NCBI GenBank assembly: GCA_015065005.1
Contig: SVRE01000003.1
Location: forward strand, 4,164-68,163
Source: Oscillospiraceae bacterium
GTDB lineage: Bacteria; Bacillota; Clostridia; Oscillospirales; CAG-272
DNA length: 64,000 nucleotides
Reading direction: 5' to 3'
The notes beneath the pieces are model-generated. The model did not search any database. It was given only the letters and a program-made list of their open reading frames with translations, and was not told the origin of the DNA. The position numbers and the translations under genes are program-made. Within the stretch, counting starts at the first letter, position 1. Each line of letters starts with the position of its first letter. Positions 40,270 to 50,328 of the stretch are shown piece after piece.

Positions 40270-41239
40270 TAAAATCAGAGTAGGCTTGGTTGGTGTTGGC
40301 GGTATGGGCGGATGCCACTTCTACAATTATGAAAAAATTGAAAATGCGGAGCTTGTTGCGGTTTGTGACGTAAGAAAAGACGTTGCAAAGGAAAAGGTTG
40401 GTAACAGAAAAATTAAGATTTATACTAATCTTGACAGAATGCTTCAGCATCAAGAGCTTGATATGATTGACATTTGTACACCAAGCTATATGCACAAAAA
40501 TATGGCAATCAAGCTTCTTAAAAAGGGCTATCACGTTCTTTGTGAAAAGCCAATGACCTTAAACGCAAAGGATGCACAGAAGGTTATTGAGGCAACTAAG
40601 GAAACAGACAAGAACTTTATGGTTGCCCATGTTGTTAGATTTATGGCACCTTACAGATACCTTCGCAGCGTAATTGAGTCAGGTGAGCTTGGTAAGCTTA
40701 TCCGTCTTGATATGAAGCGTATTTCAGGTATCCCTGCTTGGAGCTGGGAGGACTGGATGAGAGATGAAAAGAGAAGTGGCGGTGTCGCTACCGACCTTTC
40801 AATCCACGATATTGATTTCGTTCAAAGCATTCTTGGTATGCCTGACACCATCCAAGCATATCGTTACAATATGAAGGAAAATAACGATACGGTTGTTACA
40901 AATATGACCTATGGTGACACTCTTGTTTCCTGCGAGGGTACTTGGTATAACACAGGCATTCCATTCCACGCAACATTCCTGGCAGTATTCCAAAACGGCT
41001 GTGTAGAGCTTTCCGATAAGCTTTATAAGAACGGTGAGCCTGTTGAAACCACTGAGGCAAAGGCTGAGGAGGTTGACCTTGGCATTAATGTTGGTAATGA
41101 TGACGGCTATCTCAATGAAATGCAATACTTTGTAAACTGCATTGTTGAAAACAAAAAGCCGGATTTCGTAACTCCCGAAAGCTCCGCACAAAGCGTTGCC
41201 TTGGTTGATATGATTAAGAAAAAAGCTAAAAAGCTTTGA
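40262..41239 (+). CDS. Gfo/Idh/MocA-family NAD(P)-dependent oxidoreductase
   Basis: N-terminal IRVGLVGVGGMG Rossmann fold and the EKP motif. 8-nt overlap with the upstream gene. Confidence 0.8.
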   Translation: MANKIRVGLVGVGGMGGCHFYNYEKIENAELVAVCDVRKDVAKEKVGNRKIKIYTNLDRMLQHQELDMIDICTPSYMHKNMAIKLLKKGYHVLCEKPMTLNAKDAQKVIEATKETDKNFMVAHVVRFMAPYRYLRSVIESGELGKLIRLDMKRISGIPAWSWEDWMRDEKRSGGVATDLSIHDIDFVQSILGMPDTIQAYRYNMKENNDTVVTNMTYGDTLVSCEGTWYNTGIPFHATFLAVFQNGCVELSDKLYKNGEPVETTEAKAEEVDLGINVGNDDGYLNEMQYFVNCIVENKKPDFVTPESSAQSVALVDMIKKKAKKL

Positions 41240-41269
41240 TTTTAATAAAAAAGAGAATAGGAGAAAATT

Positions 41270-43645
41270 ATGAAAAAGAGAATTCTTTTCGCTTTAACTT
41301 TGGCAGTAATGCTCGTTTGTGCCTTTGCGCTTTCCGTTGGTGCAGAGCATAACAAGAGCGAGGTTGTGTCCGTTTCTTTAAGCGACGGTTCATCAATAGA
41401 TTGTGCCTTGTATGACAGTGAGGGTGATGCCTTGGTATGGTACACTCTTGACGAGGGTGCAACTGTTACATCTGTTAAGACAAAGGAGCTTTTCAACAAC
41501 ACAACAGGAGGCAAGCTTGTAGAAGCTACATATCTTGGTGATATTTATCTCGATGCCTCCACACTTTTGCAAAAGCATAACGAAAGCACTACAAACAAGA
41601 TTGTTGTTGCCAATTTGAGAGAATGTACCTTTAAAACCATAGACCATGCCGGCTATAGGGCAACCTTTAGCGACAGTAAGGTTGTACAGTACGTTTATTT
41701 ACCTAATACATTTACAAATATGGGATGTAATGTATTTCAGAACTGTACAAACTTAAAGGTTTGTGATATTCCAAGTGATGCATCCTTTATAATTTCTTCC
41801 GCTAACAACTTTGTTGGTTGTACATCACTTATAGAAATCAACTTACTTGGTTGTACAGCCGTAACCGGTTCTATCATTCACAGCCATTTTAGCGGTTGTA
41901 CATCACTTACAAAGGTTATAATCAACCCCGAAACAATTGATTGGAAGTCAATTGGCGGTTATTCTTTCGGAAGCTGCCCACTTACACAGTTTGGCTTGAT
42001 CGAGGGTGAGTGTACCATTCCTGCTACAACTACATATATCGGTAATGCAGGCTTCCAAAATTCAAGATTTACAAAGGTTGTTATGTCTGACAGCATAACC
42101 TCCTTGGGCTGGAACGTATTTGCAAGTAATCCTAATTTAACAGAGGCTTATATTTCCTCTGGGCTTGAAACATCTGACATTCGCGTGTTTTACGGTTGTA
42201 CAAGCCTTGCAACGGTAACAGGACTTGAAGGGTGTAAGCTGACATCGATTCCAACTGAATACTTCATGAATACAGCGGTTACAAGCATTGTGCTTCCTTC
42301 TACCTGTACAACCGTTGGCTTTAGGGCGTTTAATGGCTGCGGTTCATTGTTAAGTGTTACGATTCCCGAGGGATTTGTGTTGATTGATGACTATGCATTC
42401 CAAAACTGCAAGAAGCTTGAAACCTGTACCTTCCTTGGTAATGCGGGCGAAAATGCTGTAATCGACCAAGCTGCATTTGAAAATTGCTACGAGCTGCGTG
42501 ATGTTAACATTCCATACGGTGTTACAACACTCGGCAATTGCGCATATAAGAGCGCCGGCACGAAAGATCTTACCTTGCCCGGCACACTTACAACATTGAA
42601 TGGCGGTAGCCATTTCCACGGTTCCGCTCTTGAGACTGTAACAGGCTTGGAAAACACACAAATCACCGTTATTCCCGATTCTATGTTCAGATCACAGTCC
42701 AAGTGGAATGACAAGGTAGTAAGGCTTCCTGACACGGTTACATCGATAGGTCAATACGGTATGGCTGACTGTGCCTTTGAAGTGCTTATTCTCAGCCCCA
42801 ATATGACAACTATTGGTATAGAGGCGTTTGTAAACTGCTGTAGCATACGTGAGGTTTATATTCCAGATACTGTTACAACTATCAAAAACAATGCGTTTAG
42901 AAACAACCTGGTAAACGATATTTTGTTCTTTGTAACAAGCAATGACAGTGAATATATTGAAACAATTAAAACAGGCACAGGTACAACCAATGCGGTAATT
43001 TCCTTGGCTGACTATGAGGCAGATAAGGATAGCTATCTAAAGGGCAGATATGTAATCTATGGCTGTAATGTATGCGATGCCTTCTATGACGGTAAGCACC
43101 AAATGTCAGGCGACTACACAATTCAAAAGGGCAACTATTTTGAAAGCGTTACATTTGCCGATACATGTACAAGAGAAGCTTGTGGTCTTGACGTAATAGA
43201 TAACAGCAAGACAATCGGTGCGGTATTCTCATACCTTGGCTTCAGCTATACAGAAGCTCCTGTTGGCGGTACATATTCAATGGCACAGTTCTTCGGCGTA
43301 AATGAAGAAAACCTTGCAAAGTATGAGGAGCTTATGGGTACAACCCTTTCCTTTGGTGTAATCGCTCAGGCAAATAAGCTTGAAGCAGGTCAGGAGACTG
43401 TAGGCACAATTAAGCCAACAATGGGAGTTGGCAAGGTTCTGTATAAGGACTTTACAAACGGCAAGCATAACTACTTTGAAATTAAGGTTTCCGGCATTTC
43501 AGAGGCACTTAAGGACACAAAAATTGTATTCTGCGCATACGTAATCGAAAACGGAAAGATGTCATATCTTAACAACAACGCAACTGTTGAAGAATTGACA
43601 GGTGAAAGCTACAAAGATGTAGTTGCAATAAAAAACGCTAAATAA
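41270..43645 (+). CDS. Secreted BspA-type leucine-rich-repeat protein
   Basis: Signal peptide (MKKRILFALTLAVMLVCAFALSVGA) and many approximately 22-24 aa repeats of the type F.nC.sL..v.iP..vt.Ig..aF. Confidence 0.8.
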   Translation: MKKRILFALTLAVMLVCAFALSVGAEHNKSEVVSVSLSDGSSIDCALYDSEGDALVWYTLDEGATVTSVKTKELFNNTTGGKLVEATYLGDIYLDASTLLQKHNESTTNKIVVANLRECTFKTIDHAGYRATFSDSKVVQYVYLPNTFTNMGCNVFQNCTNLKVCDIPSDASFIISSANNFVGCTSLIEINLLGCTAVTGSIIHSHFSGCTSLTKVIINPETIDWKSIGGYSFGSCPLTQFGLIEGECTIPATTTYIGNAGFQNSRFTKVVMSDSITSLGWNVFASNPNLTEAYISSGLETSDIRVFYGCTSLATVTGLEGCKLTSIPTEYFMNTAVTSIVLPSTCTTVGFRAFNGCGSLLSVTIPEGFVLIDDYAFQNCKKLETCTFLGNAGENAVIDQAAFENCYELRDVNIPYGVTTLGNCAYKSAGTKDLTLPGTLTTLNGGSHFHGSALETVTGLENTQITVIPDSMFRSQSKWNDKVVRLPDTVTSIGQYGMADCAFEVLILSPNMTTIGIEAFVNCCSIREVYIPDTVTTIKNNAFRNNLVNDILFFVTSNDSEYIETIKTGTGTTNAVISLADYEADKDSYLKGRYVIYGCNVCDAFYDGKHQMSGDYTIQKGNYFESVTFADTCTREACGLDVIDNSKTIGAVFSYLGFSYTEAPVGGTYSMAQFFGVNEENLAKYEELMGTTLSFGVIAQANKLEAGQETVGTIKPTMGVGKVLYKDFTNGKHNYFEIKVSGISEALKDTKIVFCAYVIENGKMSYLNNNATVEELTGESYKDVVAIKNAK

Positions 43646-43659
43646 GGAGGAAATATATA

Positions 43660-43833
43660 ATGAAGTACACAAGCCCAATTTATAATAACGAAATGGTTGA
43701 AACAAGCGACATCATTTGTGAATCTCCATTTGATATCGTTCATACCGAAAAGGTAATCGGCAAGGATGAAAACGGCAATGACATCAAGGCTCCAACAACA
43801 CAGATAGTTGTTGATATCGGAAACCTACTTTAA
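43660..43833 (+). CDS. Unannotated 57-aa small protein (MKYTSPIYNNEMVETSDIICESPFDIVHTEKVIGKDENGNDIKAPTTQIVVDIGNLL)
   Basis: Read manually; it is below the ORF-track cutoff. An AAGGAGG RBS lies 9 nt upstream of the ATG. The ORF sits 14 nt after the LRR gene and a strong terminator follows it. Confidence 0.55.
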   Translation: MKYTSPIYNNEMVETSDIICESPFDIVHTEKVIGKDENGNDIKAPTTQIVVDIGNLL

Positions 43834-43840
43834 TTGAACA

Positions 43841-43875
43841 ACACACCGAGGAAATCCTCGGTGTGTTTTCATTTT
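43841..43875 (+). terminator. Intrinsic terminator
   Basis: ACACACCGAGG / CCTCGGTGTGT stem followed by TTTCATTTT. Confidence 0.85.
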
Positions 43876-43950
43876 GTATTAACAATACTTTTATAGAGGG
43901 TAGGGTGCCTTGCAGAGCTGGAGCTGTTAACATTTTCTCAATTTTTGAAA

Positions 43951-44319
43951 TTACTTTTTCGGTTTGCTTGAAAAAATCAAGGATGCAATAAAGCCAAAAA
44001 CAATAGCAGCCGCTATTCCACCCGCAGTTGCGCTGAGTCCCCCGGTCAGGGCACCTAATAGCCCTTTTTCATCAACTGCCTCGCGTACTCCCTCTGCAAT
44101 CAAGTGGCCAAATCCGGTAAGTGGCACGGTAGCACCGGCTCCAGCAAATTCAGCGAGAGGCTTATATACTCCAATGGCTGACAAAAAAACACCGGCGCAA
44201 ACATATAATACAAGAGTTCTTGCAGGTGTTAATTTTGTCTTGTCTATTATAATTTGTGCAACAACACAAAATACCCCCCCCACAACAAAAACAATCAAAT
44301 ACTTAAAAAATATATCCAT
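43951..44319 (-). CDS. spoVAE: Stage V sporulation protein AE (SpoVAEb)
   Basis: About 120 aa membrane protein directly after spoVAD. The start is set at ATG 44319. Confidence 0.8.
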   Translation of the reverse strand: MDIFFKYLIVFVVGGVFCVVAQIIIDKTKLTPARTLVLYVCAGVFLSAIGVYKPLAEFAGAGATVPLTGFGHLIAEGVREAVDEKGLLGALTGGLSATAGGIAAAIVFGFIASLIFSSKPKK

Positions 44320-44327
44320 ATAAAACC

Positions 44328-45323
44328 TCAGCCTGCCGATAAGTGTACTAAATGGCAAATAGCAGGGATGCTACCGCCTTGAAAGAGAGTAATCGGGCTC
44401 ATTAAAGCACCGGTGCCCATAAACAACACCTCTTTATATTCACCGCGCTCCATTTTTGGAATAATATCTGCTGCCATAACTACTGCGCTGCAACCGCATC
44501 CGGAGCCACCGGCATGCACGTCCTGCTGTTCCCGCTCAAATATCATAAGTCCGCAGTCAGTGTGATTTTTTCTTATATCAATTCCCTCACCAAGCAATAA
44601 ATCCTTTAAAATTTCGCTGCCCTCATATCCCAAATCTCCCGTAATAATTTTGTCAAAATAGTCGGGGGAGTGGTTAGAATTTCTGAAATATCTTACAATA
44701 GTATCAATGGCGCTGGGTGCCATTGCCGCGCCCATATTGTTAATATCTGTAATACCCTTGTCAATCGCTTTTCCAAAAAGCACCTCTGTAATTTTCACCG
44801 TGCCTTCATTTCCCAAAACAAAAGCGCCGGAGCCTGTGGTTGTCCACTGTGCAGTGGGTGTACGCTGCCCACCGTATTCAAGGGGAAATCTGAATTGTCT
44901 TTCACTGGAGCAATAATGGGAGGATGTAACAGCGCAGCATTTACTTACTATACCGTTACTGTAAAGGCATGCGCCAAGGGCTAACCCCTCGGAGCATGTG
45001 GAGCAAGCGCCATATAAGCCAAGATAAGGTATGTCAAAATTAGTTATGGCATAATTAGAGCCAACGCATTGATTGAGCAAATCCCCGGCAAGCAATAAAT
45101 CAACATCGGAGTCCCGTAGTCCTGCACGGTTGATAGCTCCTTTAACGGCCCTATATTGCATCTCGCTTTCGGCTTTTTCCCACGTGTCCTTGCCAAATTT
45201 ATCATCATCGCTGTATTCATCAAATAAATCGCCCATCGGTCCTGCCTTCTCCTTGTGTCCAACAACGGAATAGTACGAGGAAATTTTAGGTGCATTATTC
45301 AAGGTAATAATTTGGTTTTTCAT
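44328..45323 (-). CDS. spoVAD: Stage V sporulation protein AD
   Basis: Thiolase-fold-like, 331 aa, with the conserved SpoVAD translation. It lies between spoVAC and spoVAE. Confidence 0.9.
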   Translation of the reverse strand: MKNQIITLNNAPKISSYYSVVGHKEKAGPMGDLFDEYSDDDKFGKDTWEKAESEMQYRAVKGAINRAGLRDSDVDLLLAGDLLNQCVGSNYAITNFDIPYLGLYGACSTCSEGLALGACLYSNGIVSKCCAVTSSHYCSSERQFRFPLEYGGQRTPTAQWTTTGSGAFVLGNEGTVKITEVLFGKAIDKGITDINNMGAAMAPSAIDTIVRYFRNSNHSPDYFDKIITGDLGYEGSEILKDLLLGEGIDIRKNHTDCGLMIFEREQQDVHAGGSGCGCSAVVMAADIIPKMERGEYKEVLFMGTGALMSPITLFQGGSIPAICHLVHLSAG

Positions 45324-45329
45324 ACATAG

Positions 45330-45773
45330 CTACCCCCAAATTAAAGTGCAAAAATAGTAAATAACGCCGTAGATTGTACCGCTTAACGTGGCAAAAACAA
45401 TAACAGGACCCGCAATTGTAAACATTTTAGCGCCTACACCTAAAACATACCCCTCGCTTTTGGTATCAATAGCCTGAGAAGAAATGGCATTGGCAAAGCC
45501 TGTAATTGGTACAAGCGTGCCCGCGCCTGCAATCTTGGCTATATTGTCAAAAACCCCTAATCCTGTGAGCAAACAGGCGATAAAAATCAAGGTAATTGAG
45601 GCAAGTGTACCCGCATCCTTGTCATTGATGCCTAAATATTGGTATAAATCACGGAAAATCTGACCAATAATACAAATAATACCGCCAAAGGCAAAAGCAA
45701 AGAAGCAATCCTTAATCAAGGGCGATTTTTTTGCTCTGTTTTCAACATATTCAACGTACTCTTGTTTTTTCAT
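45330..45773 (-). CDS. spoVAC: Stage V sporulation protein AC
   Basis: About 147 aa four-TM protein. The start is set at ATG 45773 (MKKQEYVEYV). Confidence 0.85.
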   Translation of the reverse strand: MKKQEYVEYVENRAKKSPLIKDCFFAFAFGGIICIIGQIFRDLYQYLGINDKDAGTLASITLIFIACLLTGLGVFDNIAKIAGAGTLVPITGFANAISSQAIDTKSEGYVLGVGAKMFTIAGPVIVFATLSGTIYGVIYYFCTLIWG

Positions 45774-45829
45774 TATAATCACATCCTTTAAAATAAGTTT
45801 GTTCAAATGAAAAATAATTATACTGAGCA

Positions 45830-45858
45830 TTGACAAAAACCTATAATTATAGTAAAAT
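45830..45858 (+). promoter_or_regulatory. Sigma-A consensus promoter
   Basis: TTGACA, 17 nt spacer, then TAAAAT, upstream of the 45899 gene. Confidence 0.6.
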
Positions 45859-45898
45859 ATTATTATAAAAGATATTGTTGCGAAAAGGAGGTAAAATT

Positions 45899-46291
45899 AT
45901 GGCAAAAATCGTATCCGATATCAAAAAAAGTGTAGTAGCAGTTACGCAAACAGCTAAAAAGAAAACTAAAAAAATTGCTGAAGCCACTAAGCTTAAGCTT
46001 GATATTAAAATGGAGGAATCCAATCTTGAGCATTGCTATGAAATGCTTGGCAGGGCAGTGCATGCAAATTCCAAGAATCCAAACAATACATCAAGGGTTG
46101 AAGCCCTTATGGCTCAGGCGGACAGAATCAGCACTATTATAAAGGAATACAAAACAAGGCTTGCGTATTTGCAGGATAAGGAAATTTGCGCTTATTGTGA
46201 GTCAGTGATTGAACGCGGCGCACCTTGCGAATATTGTAACGAAAAAATAGTTGCTAACAAAAAAGAGCCAGAGGCAGAAGAAAATAACTGA
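45899..46291 (+). CDS. Hypothetical coiled-coil protein with a C-terminal CxxC...CxxC zinc ribbon
   Basis: AAAGGAGG RBS. Lys-rich helical N-terminal part and CAYCESVIERGAPCEYC at the C-terminus. Confidence 0.6.
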   Translation: MAKIVSDIKKSVVAVTQTAKKKTKKIAEATKLKLDIKMEESNLEHCYEMLGRAVHANSKNPNNTSRVEALMAQADRISTIIKEYKTRLAYLQDKEICAYCESVIERGAPCEYCNEKIVANKKEPEAEENN

Positions 46292-46322
46292 AATTTAAGA
46301 AAAATAAGAAAGAGGAAATAGA

Positions 46323-47165
46323 ATGAATAATTTATATGCAGCAATGACCTTTGCTGATGTATGGAATAAGATTAATGAGGTTTTGGCACAGCCTGTTATA
46401 TCATTAATCGCAAGAATTTTAGCCGCTATTTTAATCTTGACAATCGGTATTAAAATAGCTAAGGTCATTGCAAGAAGGTATGAAAACAGTAAATCAGCAG
46501 CTAAGCTCAATAAAACAGTCAGAAACTTTTTGAAAAATATAATTGCAATAGTGCTATACGTTGCGGTTGTTCTTTGTGCACTTATTGTTTTGGGCTTTGA
46601 GCTTTCTGTGTTTTCCGCAGCCTTGGCATCTGTCGGTGTTACAATCGGCTTGGCTCTCCAGGGCGGTCTTTCCAACATTGCGGGCGGTATTATGGTAGTT
46701 GCATTTAAGCCATTTGAGCTTGGTGACTATGTTGAAGCAGCAGGCGTTGGCGGTACAGTTACCGATATCGGTATTTTCTACACAACCTTGACAACCCCTG
46801 ATAATAAAAAGGTTGTTGTTCCAAACGGTACAATTTCCAATACCGTTGTAACTAACTATTCAACACACGAAACAAGAAGAATTGACTTTGACTTTAATAT
46901 TTCTTATGAAGCAAGCATTGAGGATGCAAAAAAGGTGCTTCTTGGCTGTGCAAGACATGATGAAAGAATTTTGACAGACCCTGCACCGGTAGTTATGATT
47001 ACCTCTCACAACGAAAGCTCTGTAGGAATCAGATTAAGAGTTTGGGTTAAAAATGAAGATTATTGGGATGTTAACTTTAACATTTTGGAGCTTGTTAAAA
47101 TCAACTTTGACGATAAGGGAATTGAAATTCCTTACAATCAGCTTGACGTTCATATTACAAGATAA
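46323..47165 (+). CDS. MscS-family mechanosensitive channel
   Basis: Three TM segments plus the MscS beta-domain (GDYVEAAGVGGTVTDIGIFYTTL). Confidence 0.85.
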   Translation: MNNLYAAMTFADVWNKINEVLAQPVISLIARILAAILILTIGIKIAKVIARRYENSKSAAKLNKTVRNFLKNIIAIVLYVAVVLCALIVLGFELSVFSAALASVGVTIGLALQGGLSNIAGGIMVVAFKPFELGDYVEAAGVGGTVTDIGIFYTTLTTPDNKKVVVPNGTISNTVVTNYSTHETRRIDFDFNISYEASIEDAKKVLLGCARHDERILTDPAPVVMITSHNESSVGIRLRVWVKNEDYWDVNFNILELVKINFDDKGIEIPYNQLDVHITR

Positions 47166-47169
47166 CTTT

Positions 47170-47210
47170 AAAAGGGCGATACGGATTAAATTTCCGTATC
47201 GCCCTTTTTA
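47170..47210. terminator. Bidirectional intrinsic terminator
   Basis: GGGCGATACGGA / TCCGTATCGCCC stem flanked by A and T runs, between convergent genes. Confidence 0.85.
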
Positions 47211-47227
47211 ATGAACAAATCATAGTC

Positions 47228-49642
47228 TTAAACAATATTTAAAACCTTGAACTTAATCTCACCGTTTTCACAAAAAACAGACACGTCATCGCCCTTTTTT
47301 ATCTCTTTAGTCAAAATTTTCTCAGACAAAGGGTTTTCAATCAGCCCGGTTATAGCGCGTCTTAACGGACGCGCACCATAGTGCTTATTGTAGCTTTCCT
47401 TGGCAATGTGTAAAGCCACATTTTTGTCAAATAACAGCTTGATGCCGATTTCACTGCTTAAATCAGCAACCTCGGAAAGCATAAGCTCGGCAATTTCACT
47501 TGTATCCTCAATGCTTAACTTGTTAAAAGTTACGATTTCATCAAGCCTGTTCAAAAACTCGGGCGGAAATTCCAATTTCAAAGCATCGTTTATCTGTGCT
47601 TTCATAAGCTCATTTTCGGTGCTTTCACTTTCTCTTTCACTAAATCCCAAGTGGCTTGGCTTAATAATGCTTTTAGCACCAATGTTGGATGTCAAAATTA
47701 TAATAGTATTCTTAAAATTGATTTGCCTACCGCTTGAATCAGTCAATGCACCCTCATCTAAAATTTGAAGAAGAATATTGTAAATATCAGGATGTGCCTT
47801 TTCAATTTCATCAAATAATATAAGAGAATAGGGCTTTTGCTTAACTTGCTTTGTCAGTATTCCGCCCTCCTCGTAGCCAACATATCCCGGGGGAGAGCCA
47901 ATCAGCTTGGAAACACTGTGCTTTTCCATATATTCCGACATATCAAGCCGTATAAGCGCGTGGGAAGAGCCGAAAACAGTTTGTGCCAAGGCCTTTGCCA
48001 GCTCTGTTTTTCCAACCCCCGTTGGGCCTAAAAACAGAAAAGAGCCTATTGGTGTTTTGGGGCTTTTCAATCCCGCACGTCCACGCTTTATTGATGCGGC
48101 AACAGCACGTACCGCATCATTTTGACCAACAATTTTTTCTTTTAGCAGCTTTTCTAATCCGGCTAACCTTTCTTGCTCATTTTTCTCTATAGTGCTTATG
48201 GGGACAGAGGTCCACTGTGTAACAATCTCTTCAATATCCGCATTGGAAATTTCTGCCCATTCGCCGTTATCAAGAGCTAACTTTTTATTTGCCCTTTCAA
48301 GCTGGAGCTTAATGCTTTTTTCCTTATCTTTGAGCCTTGTTGCAAGGTCAAATTTTTCATTTAAAATGGCAAGCTCCTTTTCCTTTATGACCTCGTTAAG
48401 GCATCTTTCGTACTCTTTAATTGGGGAAAAGTCAGACATTTTTACCCGAGAGCAAGCCTCATCAATCAAATCAATAGCCTTATCTGGCAAATACCTGTCA
48501 TTAATGTAACGGGAAGATAACTTCACTGCATGATGTATGGCATCAAGGGGAATTCTTACTCTGTGAAAGCTCTCATATTTTTCTCGTAAGCCCTCGATAA
48601 TCTTAACTGTCTGCTCTTCGGTTGGCTCGTTCACCGCTATTGGTTGAAATCTTCGTTCAAGTGCTGCGTCCTTTTCGATGTGTCTCCTGTATTCCTCGGT
48701 TGTGGTAGCACCGATAATTTGGAGCTGTGCCCTTGCAAGGGAGGGCTTAATAATATTTGCTGCATCAACCGCCCCCTCTGCAGCTCCCGCACCTATAATT
48801 GTGTGTATTTCATCAATGAAAAGAATTATGGATGGGTTCGCTTTTAACTCACTCATAACTCCTCTCATTCTTTCCTCAAATTCCCCCCTGTATTTCGCAC
48901 CTGCTATCATTGAGGATAAATCGAGAGAGAAAATAGTCTTTTCCAAAAGCTCCCTTGGCACATTACCGTCATTGATTTTTTGTGCAAGCCCTTCTATAAT
49001 TGCGGTTTTTCCAACCCCTGGCTCGCCGATTAAGCAGGGGTTGTTTTTTGTTCGCCTGCACAGCACCTGGGTAAGTCTTTCAAGCTCCTTTTCTCGCCCA
49101 ATAAGCGGGTCACATTTTCCTGCACGAGCCACTGCGTTGAGGTTTCTGCCGTAAGAAGACAAAATTGGGGAGCCGCTAACCCCAAATTTGTCATAGCTTT
49201 TATCCTGTGAGCTAATATCAAGCATAGCTGCAATTTCATTCTTTAATATTTGCAGATTAACGCCCATGGATATTAAAATTCTTCCTCCAACGCTTTCCCC
49301 GTCCTCACAAATTGAGTAGAGAAGATGCTCAGTGCCGATAAGCTTTGCGTTAAATCGCTTTGAGCATGTAGATGCGCTTTCAATAATTCGCTTGCACTTA
49401 GGTGTTAGCTCCTTTGTGTAAGTGTTGTCACGGTTTCCGGTGCCGGCAATTTCCACCAGCTTATTGTAAACATCGGTGTAGATAATTCTTTTGTCCTCTA
49501 AAATTTTCTTTGCGGCACATTCACAGGAAAGCATACCCAAAATCAAATGCTCGGATCCTATGTATGAGTGCCCCATCTTTTCTGCGCATTTTTTTGCACT
49601 GCTCAATACCGCCTGAGCGCCGGGTGTAAAGCGATTAACCAT
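47228..49642 (-). CDS. clpC: ATP-dependent Clp protease ATP-binding subunit ClpC
   Basis: Clp_N repeats and two AAA+ modules (GEPGVGKT, GPTGVGKT). The start is set at ATG 49642. Confidence 0.9.
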   Translation of the reverse strand: MVNRFTPGAQAVLSSAKKCAEKMGHSYIGSEHLILGMLSCECAAKKILEDKRIIYTDVYNKLVEIAGTGNRDNTYTKELTPKCKRIIESASTCSKRFNAKLIGTEHLLYSICEDGESVGGRILISMGVNLQILKNEIAAMLDISSQDKSYDKFGVSGSPILSSYGRNLNAVARAGKCDPLIGREKELERLTQVLCRRTKNNPCLIGEPGVGKTAIIEGLAQKINDGNVPRELLEKTIFSLDLSSMIAGAKYRGEFEERMRGVMSELKANPSIILFIDEIHTIIGAGAAEGAVDAANIIKPSLARAQLQIIGATTTEEYRRHIEKDAALERRFQPIAVNEPTEEQTVKIIEGLREKYESFHRVRIPLDAIHHAVKLSSRYINDRYLPDKAIDLIDEACSRVKMSDFSPIKEYERCLNEVIKEKELAILNEKFDLATRLKDKEKSIKLQLERANKKLALDNGEWAEISNADIEEIVTQWTSVPISTIEKNEQERLAGLEKLLKEKIVGQNDAVRAVAASIKRGRAGLKSPKTPIGSFLFLGPTGVGKTELAKALAQTVFGSSHALIRLDMSEYMEKHSVSKLIGSPPGYVGYEEGGILTKQVKQKPYSLILFDEIEKAHPDIYNILLQILDEGALTDSSGRQINFKNTIIILTSNIGAKSIIKPSHLGFSERESESTENELMKAQINDALKLEFPPEFLNRLDEIVTFNKLSIEDTSEIAELMLSEVADLSSEIGIKLLFDKNVALHIAKESYNKHYGARPLRRAITGLIENPLSEKILTKEIKKGDDVSVFCENGEIKFKVLNIV

Positions 49643-49699
49643 TTTGTTTCCTCTCTCTCTGATTTTACAGCTATTATTGACCAAAACAGTTAATTATTT

Positions 49700-50230
49700 T
49701 CACTCATTATAAGAATTTATTCTTTCGTATTCAGCTGCCAAGCGGTTAAAGGTAGATGGGTCAATTATTCCGTTGCCCTCAAGCAAATTAATTCGTTGGA
49801 ACTCCTTGATTGCGTTTTGAGTATTTTCATCATAAATTCCGCTGAATTCAATATTACCAATGCTGTCATATTCCTGTCCCACAGTGTTCAGTAAATGCTG
49901 TATTACATAAATTACATCATCACGTACTCCTGGCTCTATGGAATATTCGGGACTTCTCGGTAACAGGTAAATTGCCCTGGCAAGCTGAGTGGCTTCACGC
50001 CTTGCCTTTTCTACTGCCTGTAAAACCTGCCAGGTGGTATGGTCAACTATTCCCGTTGCAGGTAAATCGTATTTTTCTTGAAATTTACGTACTCCCTCGC
50101 GGGTCTCTGCATCGTATTCACCCGACAAGCGTATCCTTGCAACCTCGTTTTCAAAGTAATCTAAATCTCTCAAAATCCTTTGTATTTCCAAAATAGCATT
50201 TCGTTGCTCCTCTAAGCTGTAATATGCCAT
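49700..50230 (-). CDS. Protein with two peptidoglycan-binding (PG_binding_1-like) domains
   Basis: Repeated xVRxFQexxxLxxxGIVDxxTW motifs. The start is set at ATG 50230 after the AAAGGAG RBS. Confidence 0.65.
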   Translation of the reverse strand: MAYYSLEEQRNAILEIQRILRDLDYFENEVARIRLSGEYDAETREGVRKFQEKYDLPATGIVDHTTWQVLQAVEKARREATQLARAIYLLPRSPEYSIEPGVRDDVIYVIQHLLNTVGQEYDSIGNIEFSGIYDENTQNAIKEFQRINLLEGNGIIDPSTFNRLAAEYERINSYNE

Positions 50231-50328
50231 AAATTCTCCTTTAGCAAAAAATACTCTGAAGCTCAAAAGTTAAAAGCTTTTTGAACACTTTGTACATCTG
50301 TGAAAAGTGATATTGGTAAAGCCTCCGT

